Below are positions 37,994 to 52,680 of a stretch of DNA of 64,000 bases, piece after piece. Below the pieces are notes generated by a model, which was not told where the DNA came from, did not search any database, and was given only the letters and a program-made list of their open reading frames with translations. The translations under genes were made by a program, and so were the position numbers. Position 1 is the first letter of the stretch. The number at the start of each line of letters is the position of its first letter. The DNA lies in the NCBI GenBank assembly GCA_964252035.1, contig CAXUOO010000048.1. One strand, 5' to 3'. The stretch comes from Podarcis erhardii (Eukaryota).

Positions 37994-40900
37994 GTAATTC
38001 CCATTTACATGATAGACGCCACGCGGCTTCATGATAGTATCGAGCGAAGCCATCTAGCTTCCAGATATGATCTTTGGATGACTGCGGTTAGCCGACTTTA
38101 CAGGTGTCTCTTCTGCCCTCTGTCGCTGGCTGCGACAGTCTCTCAGATATGTTCGATGGAGCGCATTGTGAGTATTCCAACCATCCGTTGTGTTGATGGT
38201 CGTTTTGGTATATGTGCGAATTCGTTTGTTTCTCGCAGTTGAGCAAAGTGAGCCTTTTTCAAACATTGACGGATGTTTGGAAAGGGCGGCGGTAGGCAAC
38301 ATCGTAAAAAAATGGCAAATATGGTATATGTAAGCTGAGTACCTCCAAGGCGTGCAGCTCAGCGCATGGTTAGATGCAGTTTATAAAGTGTGAGCACGGG
38401 ATAGGGAGTAAACGAAATCTGACACCACAGGATTTCAAATAAACAGATGCGGTCGTACATTTGAGTATAGACTGTGGGGTTGCTTGTTTCAAAAGTGACG
38501 AATATGCGTTGGTATTTTACGAGTAGATTGTACTACGTTTGTACCATGCGCTGTATTATGGCATGGTAGAGGGTTTGTCATTTGTCGCGTGACTCTTCTT
38601 TTTCGGTTAGCCAGAAAAATTGGGTAACTTGACCGCTTTCGTGGGAGGAAAGTCAACCATTACAGACCTTCACTGAAAAAACAAAGAAGTTGATGTAATG
38701 AGTGGCCTTGCTAGATTTTTGCACACAAAACATAGGTGTCCGTCTGATGCATGGCCGATTTAAGCTGAATATTTGTGTTCTCTTGCTCATGAATTATAAC
38801 AAGAACAGGCGTCGGTGTTGATCTGACTGAACGCTGTGAATAAAAAGGGCTGCCACATTTTACTTGAGTTCAAAAGATTAGTTATGCCTTTTTGAGCATT
38901 GCGAGGTAAATGCAGCTTGCACGTTAGTGACAAGGATAACTTTGATTAGTATACCAGGAGGCTTACATGTAGTTTGTCGGATCTGAAACCAACTGGCTTT
39001 GTAGTAAAGCGGTTGTCGTTCACCAGAAGGTAGAGTGTCTGGTTTTCTGATGTGCAGTCGGATATGTGGCTATATCTATATATATGTATATATCTATATA
39101 TATATATATATATATAGTATACGTGTACTTCACACACGTATACGTAAACTTGATGAATGAAGATGGCCATCGCGGCGACAAAAAAACATTTGCGTGAGAC
39201 CTCATGGTTTTTTTCACAAGGCTAAACGTATCACTGGAAAGATTGTTAGGGTATCCGTTACAAATTGCAGACGTCTGTAGGCAAGAGGTACAAACGCTTG
39301 TTGCGGCAACTCTATCTAGAACAACTATATATACGCACACGCATAAGAGGTTCTATAGCGACTTTCGATATAATTTGCAAGCTTCTTACTCAAACAAGCG
39401 TAAAAGAAGTTGAAATTGTCCCAGGTTTGTTCAAGCATCTATCGCTCAAGGCAGACAGCACTTAAAATGCGGGGTTGAGCACAACGGAGCCACCAAGCTG
39501 AAGGGTAGTATCCACTTATGGAACGAGCGTAAATATACGCTCAAATTCGACTGTAGACGCTGCATTATGAATGCTTAATATCTCCCAAGAAGTGGGTCAA
39601 AGCAGCAATGCAATTTATTAGAGGGGGTAACAAACACATTTCTATATTCCCACACACACTTAGACAAATTACTCGTGCGATACTCAAGCTTTGAAGTTTG
39701 CTCAAGAGATTGAAATCGAGAAATATAAGAGACCTCATATTCGAATAAGCGCGTTCATTTCGAGAAGACGAAAACGCTCGACATGTTTTTGATGCAAAGC
39801 ACTTTACAATTTCATGTAAGGCAACATATTTTACGGGCACGCTTTGACTGGTTGAAAGCTACGCAGTCTATGAACAAGGTGGCTGTAATTATACACTGTT
39901 GAAATGTAGGTAGTAAGTAGATTTATAGTAGTGGCTGAAGCCCTGCTTATGCCTACAACTAAAATCAAATCACAACACACTTTAAAGAGAGCGTAACGCA
40001 AACACTACAAAAAATACAAATCAGCTCTATTCGGAGGTGCTTTTCACGATGGGAATCATATTATGCTCCAATTTACAAGTACCTCCAATTCCGAAAAATG
40101 CTTGAAAGAGATAGGTACATATGTCTTGTGATGACATACATAAAAGAAAAATAGCATGATGAAACTCCCTTCGTCTACAGACACTACATATATCCCTCTG
40201 AGAAAGATCTCAAAATGAGAAAAAGAGACCATTAAATTCCGTAGGTTGCAGTCATGATGTTGTAGAAGTTTGCACTCAACGATCAGGCTTGTGCGTGGAA
40301 AGAATCAGCAGAGTAGATATTAGACCTTTCAATAGGCAGTTCTCCCTCGCATGGTCGTACGTTATACGCAGGTACCGAAAGGGTAGACCACGGAAACTGC
40401 CGCATCCCTGCCTTAAAACAGAAGACATCAACAACTGCAATTTGCATGGAGGCTGCATGAGGAAGGAGCTCGTACATTTGCACATATTGTAGCAAATATC
40501 CCATATCCTGCATATATCACGATTGGAAAATTTTCAAGCGAAATCATGAAGAGCTCCTAGTTCGATAGAACATTCGCGCGCAGTACAATGAGCACTATAG
40601 AATAAACAGCGTATTTGATACGCAGAAGGTTTATCTCCTAGCTGCCTCAGCTTGCGGTAGTTGATATTTGTTTTAAATGTCTCCCAATTATGCTCTATGC
40701 TATTCAGTTTTACAGTAAGCCGTGAGCACATTGCATTCTATAAGTACGCCTGACGAAAATCATGAACATTCACAGCAAGAAACCGAGAAGATTGAACCTC
40801 ACGAGAGTTTCGTATTTTTTAGTGAGGATTACTGGCCTTTCCTCTTGCAGTTTGTTTATTTCGAAGGTACACACAGATTCCAAGCTCGACAGCACGCTTG

Positions 40901-42380
40901 AAAGCTTTGCGACAGCCGAGAACACACCGACATACAAATTCTCAGAAAGAGAATGTTGCAAGTATGTACAATAATCACTCCTTTTTTTTTATTAGTGCCT
41001 CAATACTGATTTTTTCTGGATTTAGAGACGCATTCGTCAAAGAAATTTGTTTCGCCGCTGACATGCATACGATTTCAATGGGGCGGTCAAAATGAGATTG
41101 ACTTCTAAAATGCTTGGAACTTCACGGAACGTATTAATAGTGGTAAATCGCAGAAGTAACTCGAAGAATCCTTGAGATATGGGCCAGATCTGGTACCAGA
41201 CTGGGTTTATCAGTCAAGGTACGGGCAGGGGCATCTTCACAAATGGTACTCTGGAATTTCAGGAGACGCACACGAACCTGCTTAAATGAGTCGACGTAAA
41301 TTGGACTGACAAAGTTTTGAGGACTCGTTTAAGCTCTTTAGATCAGAGACATTTCTCCGTGCATAACGATAAATATGGCCCTGGCTTTCAGTGCCTCTTT
41401 GTAGCAAAGTTCGATCACACATTCAAATGAGAGGCCCCACTCAAGCCCGAACCATTAAACTGACCTTGATTCGCTAAAGCAACCTTCCCTGTGTTTTTTA
41501 CAGCCTATGATAAGGTGGAATACAATGAGTTAAAAAATGGTGCACATAAAAGGCGCAAAACTTTGCATGACGCAATGTGTGCTGGTGACATAAGCAATTA
41601 TAGACGAGGGGCCGGGGTCTAATTATTATCTCAAAGAGTCAAATAGATCTTTAACCATTTGGCTCTCGTTGCAGCTAAGAATATTTCATAGAATCTGGGA
41701 GCCGTGAAGTTCGTCGTCTGTGCTGTATCGGAAATGCCTTGGAGTCAGAACTGTTTGCAGTTGTCTGGAGGAATGTGTGGGAAGTGCAAAAACCTCTTCC
41801 ACTTTCCCATCCGTGTCAGACTCGAGAAGGAAAAAAATATGACAAGCTGTTGTACTGATTGTAGACCGTGAACCTCCTTTCACTGTACAACAACAGTAGA
41901 GCTAATCCAGTCTGATTTCGATCAATCAGATAGCCCGTCATTACACGAAGTAGTAGTACCAGAGTACCGGTGATCTAGCAACTGTAGTACTAATCCAGAT
42001 ACGTATACTGCAGGAGATCAGACAGCGGTGAAGATAGGAGTTATCTTACTCACGGCAAAAAGCGTAATCTGATAACAGAGACTAGCACGCTACTTTCAAA
42101 AAAGAGTCGACGTCTGTATTAGTGACTGAGTACTTGAGAACGGTTCGAAAAACTTTTGGTAAGTCCTTCACTTCCAGATACTTCATCTCTATGCTTAGGG
42201 TGATTGGTGGAGGCGTGCAACTTTTTTCTTGTTACAGTTTTTTCGTGGGTGTGCTGCACGCTCGACTGCAGTTATGCAATCTGAATATTGTGCGGAGAAG
42301 GTTTGCGAGTATGTCGTCCTGTGTGTTTGCTTGTTGCGTCTTCGGAAACGCGTTCATTTGTTCCCCTTCAAGTTAAGTAA

Positions 42381-42638
42381 AGTGTATAATGTGACGACAC
42401 TTTTCATCTCTGGTTAGGTTCACGCATTGCCCCCACTCTCACGGAAGACAAAAAGCTGACAAATGGAAACAGCGTGTTATTGGAGCAATAGTACATGATA
42501 AGCTTACGAGTGTACAATGTGACGACACTTTTCATCTCTGGTTAGGACCGCGCATTGCCCCCACTCTCACGGGAGACAAAAAGCTGACAAATGGAAACAG
42601 CGTGTTATTGGAGAAATAGTACATAGTAAGCTTACGAG
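42381..42638. repeat. Near-perfect 128-bp direct tandem duplication (2 copies)
   Basis: agtgta(t/c)aatgtgacgacacttttcatctctggttagg...gctgacaaatggaaacagcgtgttattggag...aagcttacgag starts at 42381 and again at 42509, with only a few differences. Confidence 0.95.
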
Positions 42639-43044
42639 GTGATGAATTTTACTAAATGGTGAGATACAAAGCAAAAAATGTATATGTCTATGTCATTTTT
42701 ATGAGACAGATGACGAACGGTCCAAGAGTGAATCGTGATAACGCTTCGAATTTCAACAACGCGTTCACCAGATAGAACAAAAAAAAGCTAAAGGCGCAAA
42801 TTTACTAGCAGAAACAATCCCCTTTAGCAGCTATTATCTACTACACATCACAGAGAGAGGCGGGACAAAGTTGTACATCATTCTTCGAATAGCTCAAGCC
42901 GCCGATATACGTCACAAGATAGATCACTCCTGCCTTAAGAACTCAGTAGAACGATTGGTATAGTACAACGCAGAAGCTTATCCTCTGCTATTTCAAGTCT
43001 GCATTACCAGTCAGCAAGCCATTTAATTTGCTCGTCTGCGTCTG

Positions 43045-43080
<36 letters not shown>

Positions 43081-46000
43081 CATCAAGAATACATCGCACA
43101 CGTGAAACTTAATTTGTGAAGTCAGCGCATCACTCCAACAGAACACATGAAGCTCAAATGTGAGGATTCTGGAATGTTCTGCTGGGCGTAGGACGTGAGC
43201 ACCGTGACTGCTGTAAACATTCAAAAGAGGTAGCAGGCACGGCTGACGCTGTACTATACGTACGCGTATCTGTTCGAATGAGCAAAATGGAGTATTGGTG
43301 TGTAGTTTGTTGTTCTTTTTGCCGTACAAACGTATACAACGAGGACCTATACGTTTATTCCCGCCTTCGGTCATTTATGGAAGAAAATCAACTGCTGAGT
43401 AACCCAGACTCAATACAGATATTAGTTCTTGTTTGAAATCCTCTTTTCCTATACTTTTCGAAGTACTCTTTGTTGAAAACGTGTGAGACACGCTCGAGCA
43501 TGGCACCAGCACAAGGCAGATGCTCATAAAAAAATTAAGGTGTGTTATATTTCAAGATTAGTCTGCCACTGTGTTGAGTTGATTGCAACATGCACAAAAA
43601 AGTACGCCGTCATATTTCAGTGCAATTGGCAACATGTAGGGTTTAGTGTTTGAAACGTAGGGATCATAGATTTTGGCTTCTAGGTGCTTGAAATTCAGAA
43701 TTGTAGGGTCAGGAAGTAAGGTCTCGCGTTCAAGGATGACGGATCTCAAATTGTTCAGAAATTGCAATACGAAGCTCAGGGCAGAGGATGTAAAGTAAAC
43801 CGTTTCGAGATTTCAGAGTCCACGGTCCGTTGGGGTTCAAAGTTGTTTGAATACATATTATAACTGTAACAGAAGGTCAAGGCCGAATTTTTTTTGCTCT
43901 TACCAGCGTATTTGCAAAACGATACACGCAAAGGGAGAACGCGTACACAAACAGCGTAGAATGTCACGGTCATCGCCTGTTATATGTACTTTATCCTACT
44001 TTTGGAACCGATTAGACAATCTGAAAGTGCGTAGCAGCCATGCTATATATATATATATATAAACATATATTTTGAAAAGTAGATCGCAATGGAAGTTTCG
44101 ATGTCTGGCTTTCAAACCCCGCTGCCGGCTCCACGTCCTCGGTTTCTCAGTTCCGTACGAACACGCAGTACTTGACCTTCATTCCAAAGCGACCCTTTCT
44201 GGTGGAGTGTTTGATGATATTTTACGACCTTCTCGTAGTGAAAATCTCGGTTTTAACGAGCCATCTATGCACTATTTCTGATGATAAACACGCCTACATT
44301 GCCATCCAGAAGTATGGGGCTCAACAGCATTTTCGAATAGGCGCACAAACCAGCACAACGTCGTAGCACGAAAATATCAGATTCGAAAGGAAAGATTAAA
44401 TTGCGACTTATACACGGTGTCTCTTAGCCCTGGCGTGACACCTTCATTCAGTCGCGCATCCCTTCCTGCGAAATTATCAATTGTGAAGAACAGAGGCAAT
44501 GTTTCAAATGAAGGTTTCAAATTCTTCACTGTGTGCAACACGAATCTGCCCTGTCAACGCTTTACATAAGTATAAGAGTACACACGTCTCACCCATATGT
44601 TTATGTCAGCATGGTAGTAATGCGCATTCTACTTTTGTCAAAGGGTTTAGCCTGCTCCACCGCATTTGTTTTATTAGCGTGTTTTTCGAAATGGCGGTGC
44701 AGCATAGTGTGCAAAGCACATCATAAACAGGGTAATATATCGCAAAATAGACAACACCGTGCTCCTCACGGCATCAGCTGGCTGCGCTTTACACAATTCC
44801 CCCGAAAACAAAGCTTCAACCATCTGCCATGGCAGGGTAAACTAATCTATGAACCTGTAATAAAAAAAATATTGACTGTGACTAGACTAGGCGGTGATGT
44901 ACGGCCGTGTTCAGTACAGCTGCAGAGGACTCGGATCATTAAACGCCACGCTGTCGTGAAAACTACTTACTTTTTCATTTCCACGTATACACATTATATA
45001 GTCGTATTCAACTCATGGAAGTCGTAGTAGATGATGCGACTTACTTCGTTTCAATGGAGTTTACCGCTACACTCTGCTAAACAAGCTTGACGACCCTTAC
45101 CAATAAGTAACATCTGCTGCTAGAGCTGTTGAGAAGAGATGATTACGAAGCAAATGCGCAGCAGCTAAAGTTCATGACAATAGAGCTGCTGGTGCCGAAA
45201 CTATTTCAGCTTGCAACACAGCTGGCCGTTATTCGTAGTAACCGATCAATTTGCTGTAGCTGAGCAGGAATCTTTGTTCTCCAACTTCGCATGTCGGAGA
45301 ATGTGGATTAATACAGCATAACTTCAAGCACCAGCAACATCGCATAACTAAAGTAATGAGATTGCCCTTAAAGACGCAATTTTAATGCCGAAACTTGCGG
45401 TAGGTCAGGTGGCATTTGATAACGCCGCATACAGTTTCAGCCAAAAGGGTGCATATTGACCACAAAAGCTTAAATTCTGTACTTTCCGCGTTGCGTTGGG
45501 CAGGCATACAGAGGCGTCGCAAACAAAATAGCAGCGTTCTCCCCGCTCTTTGTCATAGTAATCAGCACTTCAACGATAAATCGAGTTAAAAGACTATAGT
45601 ATCTTGCTGCACCAAGTTTCAATGATTGCAGCCTTCTGGTTTGCGCTGATAATAGCGCACTCGGTAGAAGTTAAAATCAGTAAATAGATAAAAGATTACA
45701 GAGGGTTTGAGATGTTTCTTCTGAACAATCATATGCATACCTTAAGGGTATACTGAATTAAGTGAAAAAGACCTCATCAGGCTAGCATGCAGCTTCGAAG
45801 AACTCTTGCTCCTATACAGCTTTCTTTATCACGCATTCTCTTCTTTTTCTAGAGTCCAGATTGAACAATCAAATCCATGACTCACCTGCATGGTTAATAA
45901 CCTTATCTTTACAGAGGAAACCCTGCATCTGCTATCATATGATGCCTTTTAAATTATATACTTTATTGTGTGATATCTACTGCTGGACTGGTGTGGCCTC

Positions 46001-46777
46001 CCCTACTGGACTTTCTAACAAATTAGTAACTTAAAATTATCATTTCGTAACTCATTCTTTCCAGTTGTGTCCCTCCTCGATGAATTTGCAAATTCTTGCG
46101 TGTCAACTGTTTGCCAATAGATGCTGGTTCCCCCTTTGGCGTTCAGATGAATGTCTTCGACCTTTTTTTCTGAGTGGCATCGCCTGTAGGACTGGAAAAA
46201 AGCAACCTCGTCTTACCTACCTCTTTTGTCTTTCTCTCCCTGTACGTGTGTTCGCCTCTGCTCTAACTTTTGAATTCAACATTGAAGTCACTAGTTTCTC
46301 GCTTCGACAGCCCAGCGCGCTGGTTCCATAATATCTGCTGCTTCTGTACATCCCTATCTAGAGAATGAGCTTGTGCGTCTGTTTGATACCGCTTCGATAC
46401 CAGAGAAGCCGAATGCGTCCGCGAGAAGTGAAACTGATCGCTCAACGTGCGCAGGGAAGCCTTCACAACAAGCTCAAACCACAGCAAGTATCCTTAGTAA
46501 GCTCTGTACAAAAGCTGTCTTGCCTGCAGATACTCCATTGGGTATGGGCGCATTGTGAAGCCTGTGTCTGCGACTGCTGGAGACAGCACCTGCACTTTAT
46601 CAGATCATTCAAATTGCGTGTTAGCAAAGTGAACTTGACTGCAGATAATAATACAAGACACGCCTTTTATTTGTTACATGCTCTATAAATACGAGATTGG
46701 ATATGTGCTCAGCCGTACATGTATGTTGAATTTGGTTTGTCATGGCCCTTTGTGGAATTCCTAGTGGAGGCAGAACC

Positions 46778-49700
46778 ATGCTGGAAAAGCCATGGTAGTG
46801 CAGGCGGACTACATTCTTGTTTTTCTCCTCCAGCAGCACATTTGACTGACAATGTCTAGAAAGCGTGTGCTTGCGCAAGCCACGCGTGTACTATATGCTC
46901 TTCATAGCTGCTGCAGCTCCTTTCGGTGGTTCCCTAGCCGATGTGGGAAACGAAAAATATATGAGCCGACGTGGCAAAGTCGTAGTTTGAAATGGAGCTG
47001 TCCTTCACAGTTTATATTTTTGTGAACCCATAGCCTTTTTTACTTACAATAAAGTATTCAATCGGGCAGTATGATATAGTTTGAACTGTAGGTGTGCTGC
47101 AGTTGATGTTTTTCGATTATCGCATTCAATAGAAAAAGAGTACTATACATGGGTGGCGCGCTTATTAGACTGCTTGTGCTCAGATGTATACTGCTCAGGG
47201 ATGTTTATTCTCGAGACAGTCAACGCTTACAGTCTCGTACATATATGAGCTGGAACGTCGAGAAGGTATTTAACACTCAGTCATATTCATCGCTTAAGGT
47301 AACTTTTTCAGAATATAAACCCTGTGCTTGAACCGTGATGCCCCTTGCCTCACGCGAGAGCATTTCTCAAACGTCGCTTCCACAGGGCAACGGCAGCATT
47401 CCCATGGATCTGTATAAGCATGTGACAGTTCAGTGAAGTTTTAGTCGCACATTTCAAGGAGGAAGGAGACAGGCTCTTGCTAAAACTGGATTGGAAATAT
47501 AAAATCCACTTGACTCCTCAGCCGCATGCCGCATTGTTTGCAAAGAAACTAACCGATTTTTCATCTATTTGCATAACTCTGTCTCGTTGGGGCTCGCAGG
47601 TTTTGGTATGTTTTTCCATAACATAGCCTAGAAACATAGAAGTTAACGGCGGCGTATTTCAGGCGCACGTTGCTGACTGCGGCACCACCGCTCTCATATC
47701 AAGTCAAGGCATATGTAGATCAATCGTTTGACTGTGCGAATGTATGATGTACCGTAACAATTTTGGGACTGCCAGCGGCATCTCCTAAAAATTGATGTAT
47801 GTCTTTATAAGCTTACTTGACTGTAGTCTTCTCAGAATGTAGTATTATCTTGGTCTATCTGTCAAGGAGTTTTCTTCTGCCGCATTCGCAGGCGTGTGTT
47901 GATAGTCTTCTTGCTGCTATGGTCTCGCGCGGCCCTCCTTTCTCCACGTGGGTAAATAGCTTAACTTCGACAGAATTGACTGCAGTGAAAGTTCTGCATC
48001 CGCGCTCACTAATGCGGTCGGAAATGATACCTCGTTTATTGTTGATTAGGTACGCTGTCTCAGTATAGAGAGGAAGCTTCTTCACACAGTATATGTTACT
48101 TGTTGTCCGTCTGCCTGCACAACGGAAGCCGGTATGTTTTATCACTGCAAAATTCAGTGAATGTTGCACGTTGGATTTTTACTTATATAGAGTTCCTCTT
48201 CCTTTCAAACGGATGAAGAATTCGAATTACTTGGTGGTTCAAGCGTTTGCGACGCTCTGTTTTGTCTCTCTCACTCCGGAGTTGTTCGCTTGAAAATGAG
48301 CAGGTATGTATTTTATTTGCTGTTTAGCTAGTACAACTCGATACAAATATACATATACAAATTGCAACACGTGTCTCTGCAAAAGTGAAAGACGGGCCGT
48401 ACATCGCTTTGTCTCTTCTTCGATTTGGACGCTTGCCTACTTGTCTGTCGACTAGGGGGTAAGGTGAAATGCCAAAACTATCAAGCATAGTCGCGTGTTT
48501 CTCCTTAGTTCTCGTGAACTTCCCCAAAAACAGCTCTTCTTGTGGTGAGTTTTCCTGCTGGCCCTAAGCTGCTGTTTGTGTTTGTCCACAGATCCGGCAG
48601 GCGAGTTTGGAAGACTTTACTCCTTGCTGCAGTGAATTTCTTCGTTTAGAGACGTAACAGCGCACTAAGCGAGTGATGCTGTGCGGCGAGGCGATGATGG
48701 CCTAGCTTTAACTGTTCCCATGTACACTCCTTCGATGAACATTGAAGTTGCATTTTTTGGCAGTCTATCTAAAAAGATGCTCTTTCTAATTTGGCGAAAA
48801 GAAGCGTGTCTGAACACCCATCTTATTTGCATCAATCGAGACTCCCACTTTGTGATCATAAAGTATAACGGCGTGTGCGTTTGACTTTTCACATACAGAT
48901 GTGTATGCAATTGAGTATTTGCACATATGTGTGTATGTATGTATAGATCCCTGTATGTATTTCGAGCAAGTACACTTGACGAACCTGTTTCACGATATGA
49001 GAAGCTCAATGCTCTTTCATTTTCAGGTGGAGATGAGTTGTTTTTTGAAAGATCCATAGAAAGGGGGGGGCATTTGAAGGCGGTGGTCTTCGCTGAAATT
49101 CGATAAAAAAAGTGTATAGTTTCCTGGTAGTGAGTTGGAATATTTATACCTTAACGCACGCAGCACGTGCTGCTCCAAGAAGGCTCAAAAAACAAATAAC
49201 TTTCCTACCAGGAGGTGGCAGTGTAAAAATCGGCAACGGCTTCTTATCCTAAAGTGGATGACCTAAAAATTTATGCATCTAAAACAAAATTCTCTCACCG
49301 AGTGGACCAAGGCGATGAGGCAATCTAGCCAATTGGAAGTTTTGAGCGACAGCTTTGCTATTCTATGCCATGGACAAATTCGAAGGAACTGCCTCTGCTG
49401 CAAATGAAGGTTCAATAAAATCAGGGATAAGCTCGGTAAAGAGCACGCCGCCGAATTTCGCTTGAATAAAAGAGAAAAGTATGCCACCTACAATTATAGA
49501 TATAGGAGCAGAATAATTTGAATGGTATGCTGAACTTTTCCCCAAGCTGCACAATTCATTCATGGCGATCCAAAGTGCAATTCTTTCTCAGCTGCAATCG
49601 TGGTGGCATCAGACCCTGTCCGCTGGCGCGTTCTTTAGTGTGATTAGACTTGAACAAACAGAAAAATATTTTTCTCAAATGAGTCATACTGCTGCGGCAG

Positions 49701-52605
49701 CATATGTATGTAGATAATTAACCTGTATAGTTTGCCTTTGCTGCAGAAATAAGAATATCAAAATGGTGGAGCACTGTATGAAGAAGCGCCAGTGCTTTCC
49801 TGATGTTTCAGATTAAGTTTACGCAGGGTGAAACTTGCCCTCACTGGGTGTTGCTGGCCATCCATTTTGCATTCTTTTCTTTTTTCTACAGGAGATCACA
49901 TCATACATTTTCTTAACGAGAATGATTCTATGTTTTGTCCTTGACTACTTTTTTTTTGCATTTTAAATGTAAATTTCTTTATTTGTGCATGAAACTGCGA
50001 CAGAGATGTGCGTTGCTGCTGCTACATGCGACTAGACGTTCGAGCAAGCTGCGCTCCTGTTGCAAGCGGCAGTCATTGGTCGTCAACTCCTTGTGTAAAC
50101 AAAACAAAAAATCTGCCATTCGTGTGTGTGGCCCTGTAGAGACTTGATATAAACGCTTGGCATGACGAGCTCGGCGTGAGACGTAGCGGCTATTGCCAGC
50201 AATACAATAAAATAAGTTTATTTTTTCCGTTTCAGCGTTACCCGGGGACGAGGACAGAATCTGAGGCACTTTTTCATTGTCAACCCACATCAGCCTCTTC
50301 GTTTTTTAACTTTCTTTCAGAATTTGCAACGCTATCAAACAGCATTGACAACTTATGGCAATGTTAGCTGCTTGACTGCGCCACTCACGATTTTTGCATC
50401 AATTCGTCGGCATGCCAAGTGAAAAACTAGAACTTGTGTTGTCGGTATTGCACATGTGCAAGATTATTTTGTGCCAGATGTTCTTTCGCGTGGACAAGGA
50501 CGTAATAAGACGTATTGCTGCGTGCGCATGTAAGATTTATTCTCTGCAATGACGAAAGAATGGTGCTTATGTAGACTTTGCAGTGACAGGCGAATGCCAT
50601 CATAAACCCGTTTTACATATATATGTCTTATTTCTCTCTACAGAGCTCCACTGCCAATTACTGGTCGGTATTCCTTCATCTTTATTATGTTAGATCCATT
50701 CACTCTGACTAGTGTGTGTGCGCGCTCCGAAAGACAAAAAAATGTCGATTGCCATGTCGTTATGTACCGCAAGATATGAAAAGGTATTGCGAATGCCTGC
50801 ACGTGTTAAATCGAACTACGCTGTGTGTCAAAGCTGTGTTTAGCTGTGTATGCTTGTATATGTCTGTGCGAGCAGACTTCGTAAATCTACAGGCGGCGGC
50901 TATTTTTTTAGCTCTCAAAGTGGCGCCAACTCCTACTTGCATATCGCTCATGTCAGTACGTGGTTTGCGGCCTCATACCTGAGTGCTTCGTAGGCGCGGT
51001 AGAAGACAACTCACTGCATAAGTCTGACTGATGAGGAATTTTCCATACTAACTTGGCAGCATCTCGAGCATATTGCACGGCATCCTTCGCTCTGCCAGGG
51101 CCATCTGCAAAAGCTGCCGCTTTATCTTTTGCTCGCGTGTGCCTCTGCGTTGCAGACGCTGGCAGGCCTGTATTCGCCACATTTGGATACCGTGTGAACA
51201 CTGACAAAGGTAAGCATTGAAACACACAACACGCATTCCTATTCATTTGTAAATACTGAATACGGTGAGGATGACTGATGACGGAAGAGGGTGTGAGGGT
51301 CGAATCGTCAGAGAGGTGGCGTGGAGTTTACACGAATTGTGAAAATAACATCTTTTCGTAGGGAAGTGATGGCGACTGGGAAACTGGCTTTGTAATCAGC
51401 CGCGGACAACAATAGCGTGCTGACGGTAGAAACGTTCACGCGGACTAGTTATTGAGTAGTTATTAAACGTAACGGAAACACACGCACCGGAGAGCTCTGG
51501 AATGCCGACACTGGAAAGGTGTTTCAAGACAAGAGTGGACCGGAACTGGTGAATTTGCAACACTGACGGCACGGGAGGTGCAATGTATGAAGCATTCACG
51601 CTTTAGAGATATATTTAATAGAGTGAACAGTTGTTTTTGCAACATCGACATAGGGAAAGTGGCGGAGAATTACATTGTTTGACACATTGATTGTTCTGAA
51701 ATGAGGTGCGAGTACTGGGTCTTGTGAGGAGGCCAAGACTGACGATTCCGCTCGCAGCGTTTCGGGGGTTTACTTTGCGCAGACGAGATTTCTGCATCTC
51801 AGTTTCCGTGCTGCTGTCTTTCGCCACCGTCCTCGATATTGGCAGGCTTCCTTTTTTCTACAATCCTATTAAAACAGGTCCCCTCCCTTTATACTGCATG
51901 AAGCAACCCTCTTCCGCAGAGCGTCAAGCTTTTCTTTTCAGCGTAGGTACTTCTTACATCCGAAATTGACGTATTGTAGCTAAGGACTTCCACTGTCGTA
52001 TATATGATCATTCGGCTACCTATTCTATGTGAAAGCCAATATTTTGGTCACGCGGGCAGATGGGCGCCCCTTGTTATTCTTTGCTCTTACCTACTCTTTT
52101 CTCAGTACCAAGTACGAATGCTTTAAAACTAGCAAGACTTATTATCGCCACAGATATAGCTGTCGCCTCAGGCAATTTCGACAGTATAGTTGCCTGCGCC
52201 TCTACTGCATTTTCTCATCCACAATGCGCATGAAGCGGTGGGAGCGTTGTTCTCAATATGGTTGCTCATACTGCAAAGAGGAAAAAAATTTCTATAGTTT
52301 ACGCAAAGTATGTCGGAATTGGCAGATGTATCGTCAGACTGTTGAACTGATGTATATGAAGCTGAAATTGTTTAAACTGGTCCCAACCTGTTGTGTAAAC
52401 CAGATCATCTGACTCTCGTAAAACGAATACTAAGTAAGCAACCTGTAACGCCCTTTCATTCTGATCCGTATGCAAAAGAAAAACAACCCGAATGTACAAA
52501 GAATTTTAGATAGTGATGCTGCAAGACAGCATTGGTGGTATACCTTAGGTTTTGTACAGTTCGTCTTTCACACTGTGTATAATACACAGAGGTGAGCGTT
52601 TGAAC

Positions 52606-52680
<75 letters not shown>

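Noticed and set aside
39204-39413. LSRTTIY as a transposase helix-turn-helix
   Set aside because: It is on the opposite strand from the Tc1-like motif and is only a 7-residue resemblance.
41360-41400. Minus-strand KPGPYL as a Ty3/gypsy integrase GPY/F motif
   Set aside because: Flanked by stops, with no integrase core, chromodomain or LTR recognisable; too short to support.
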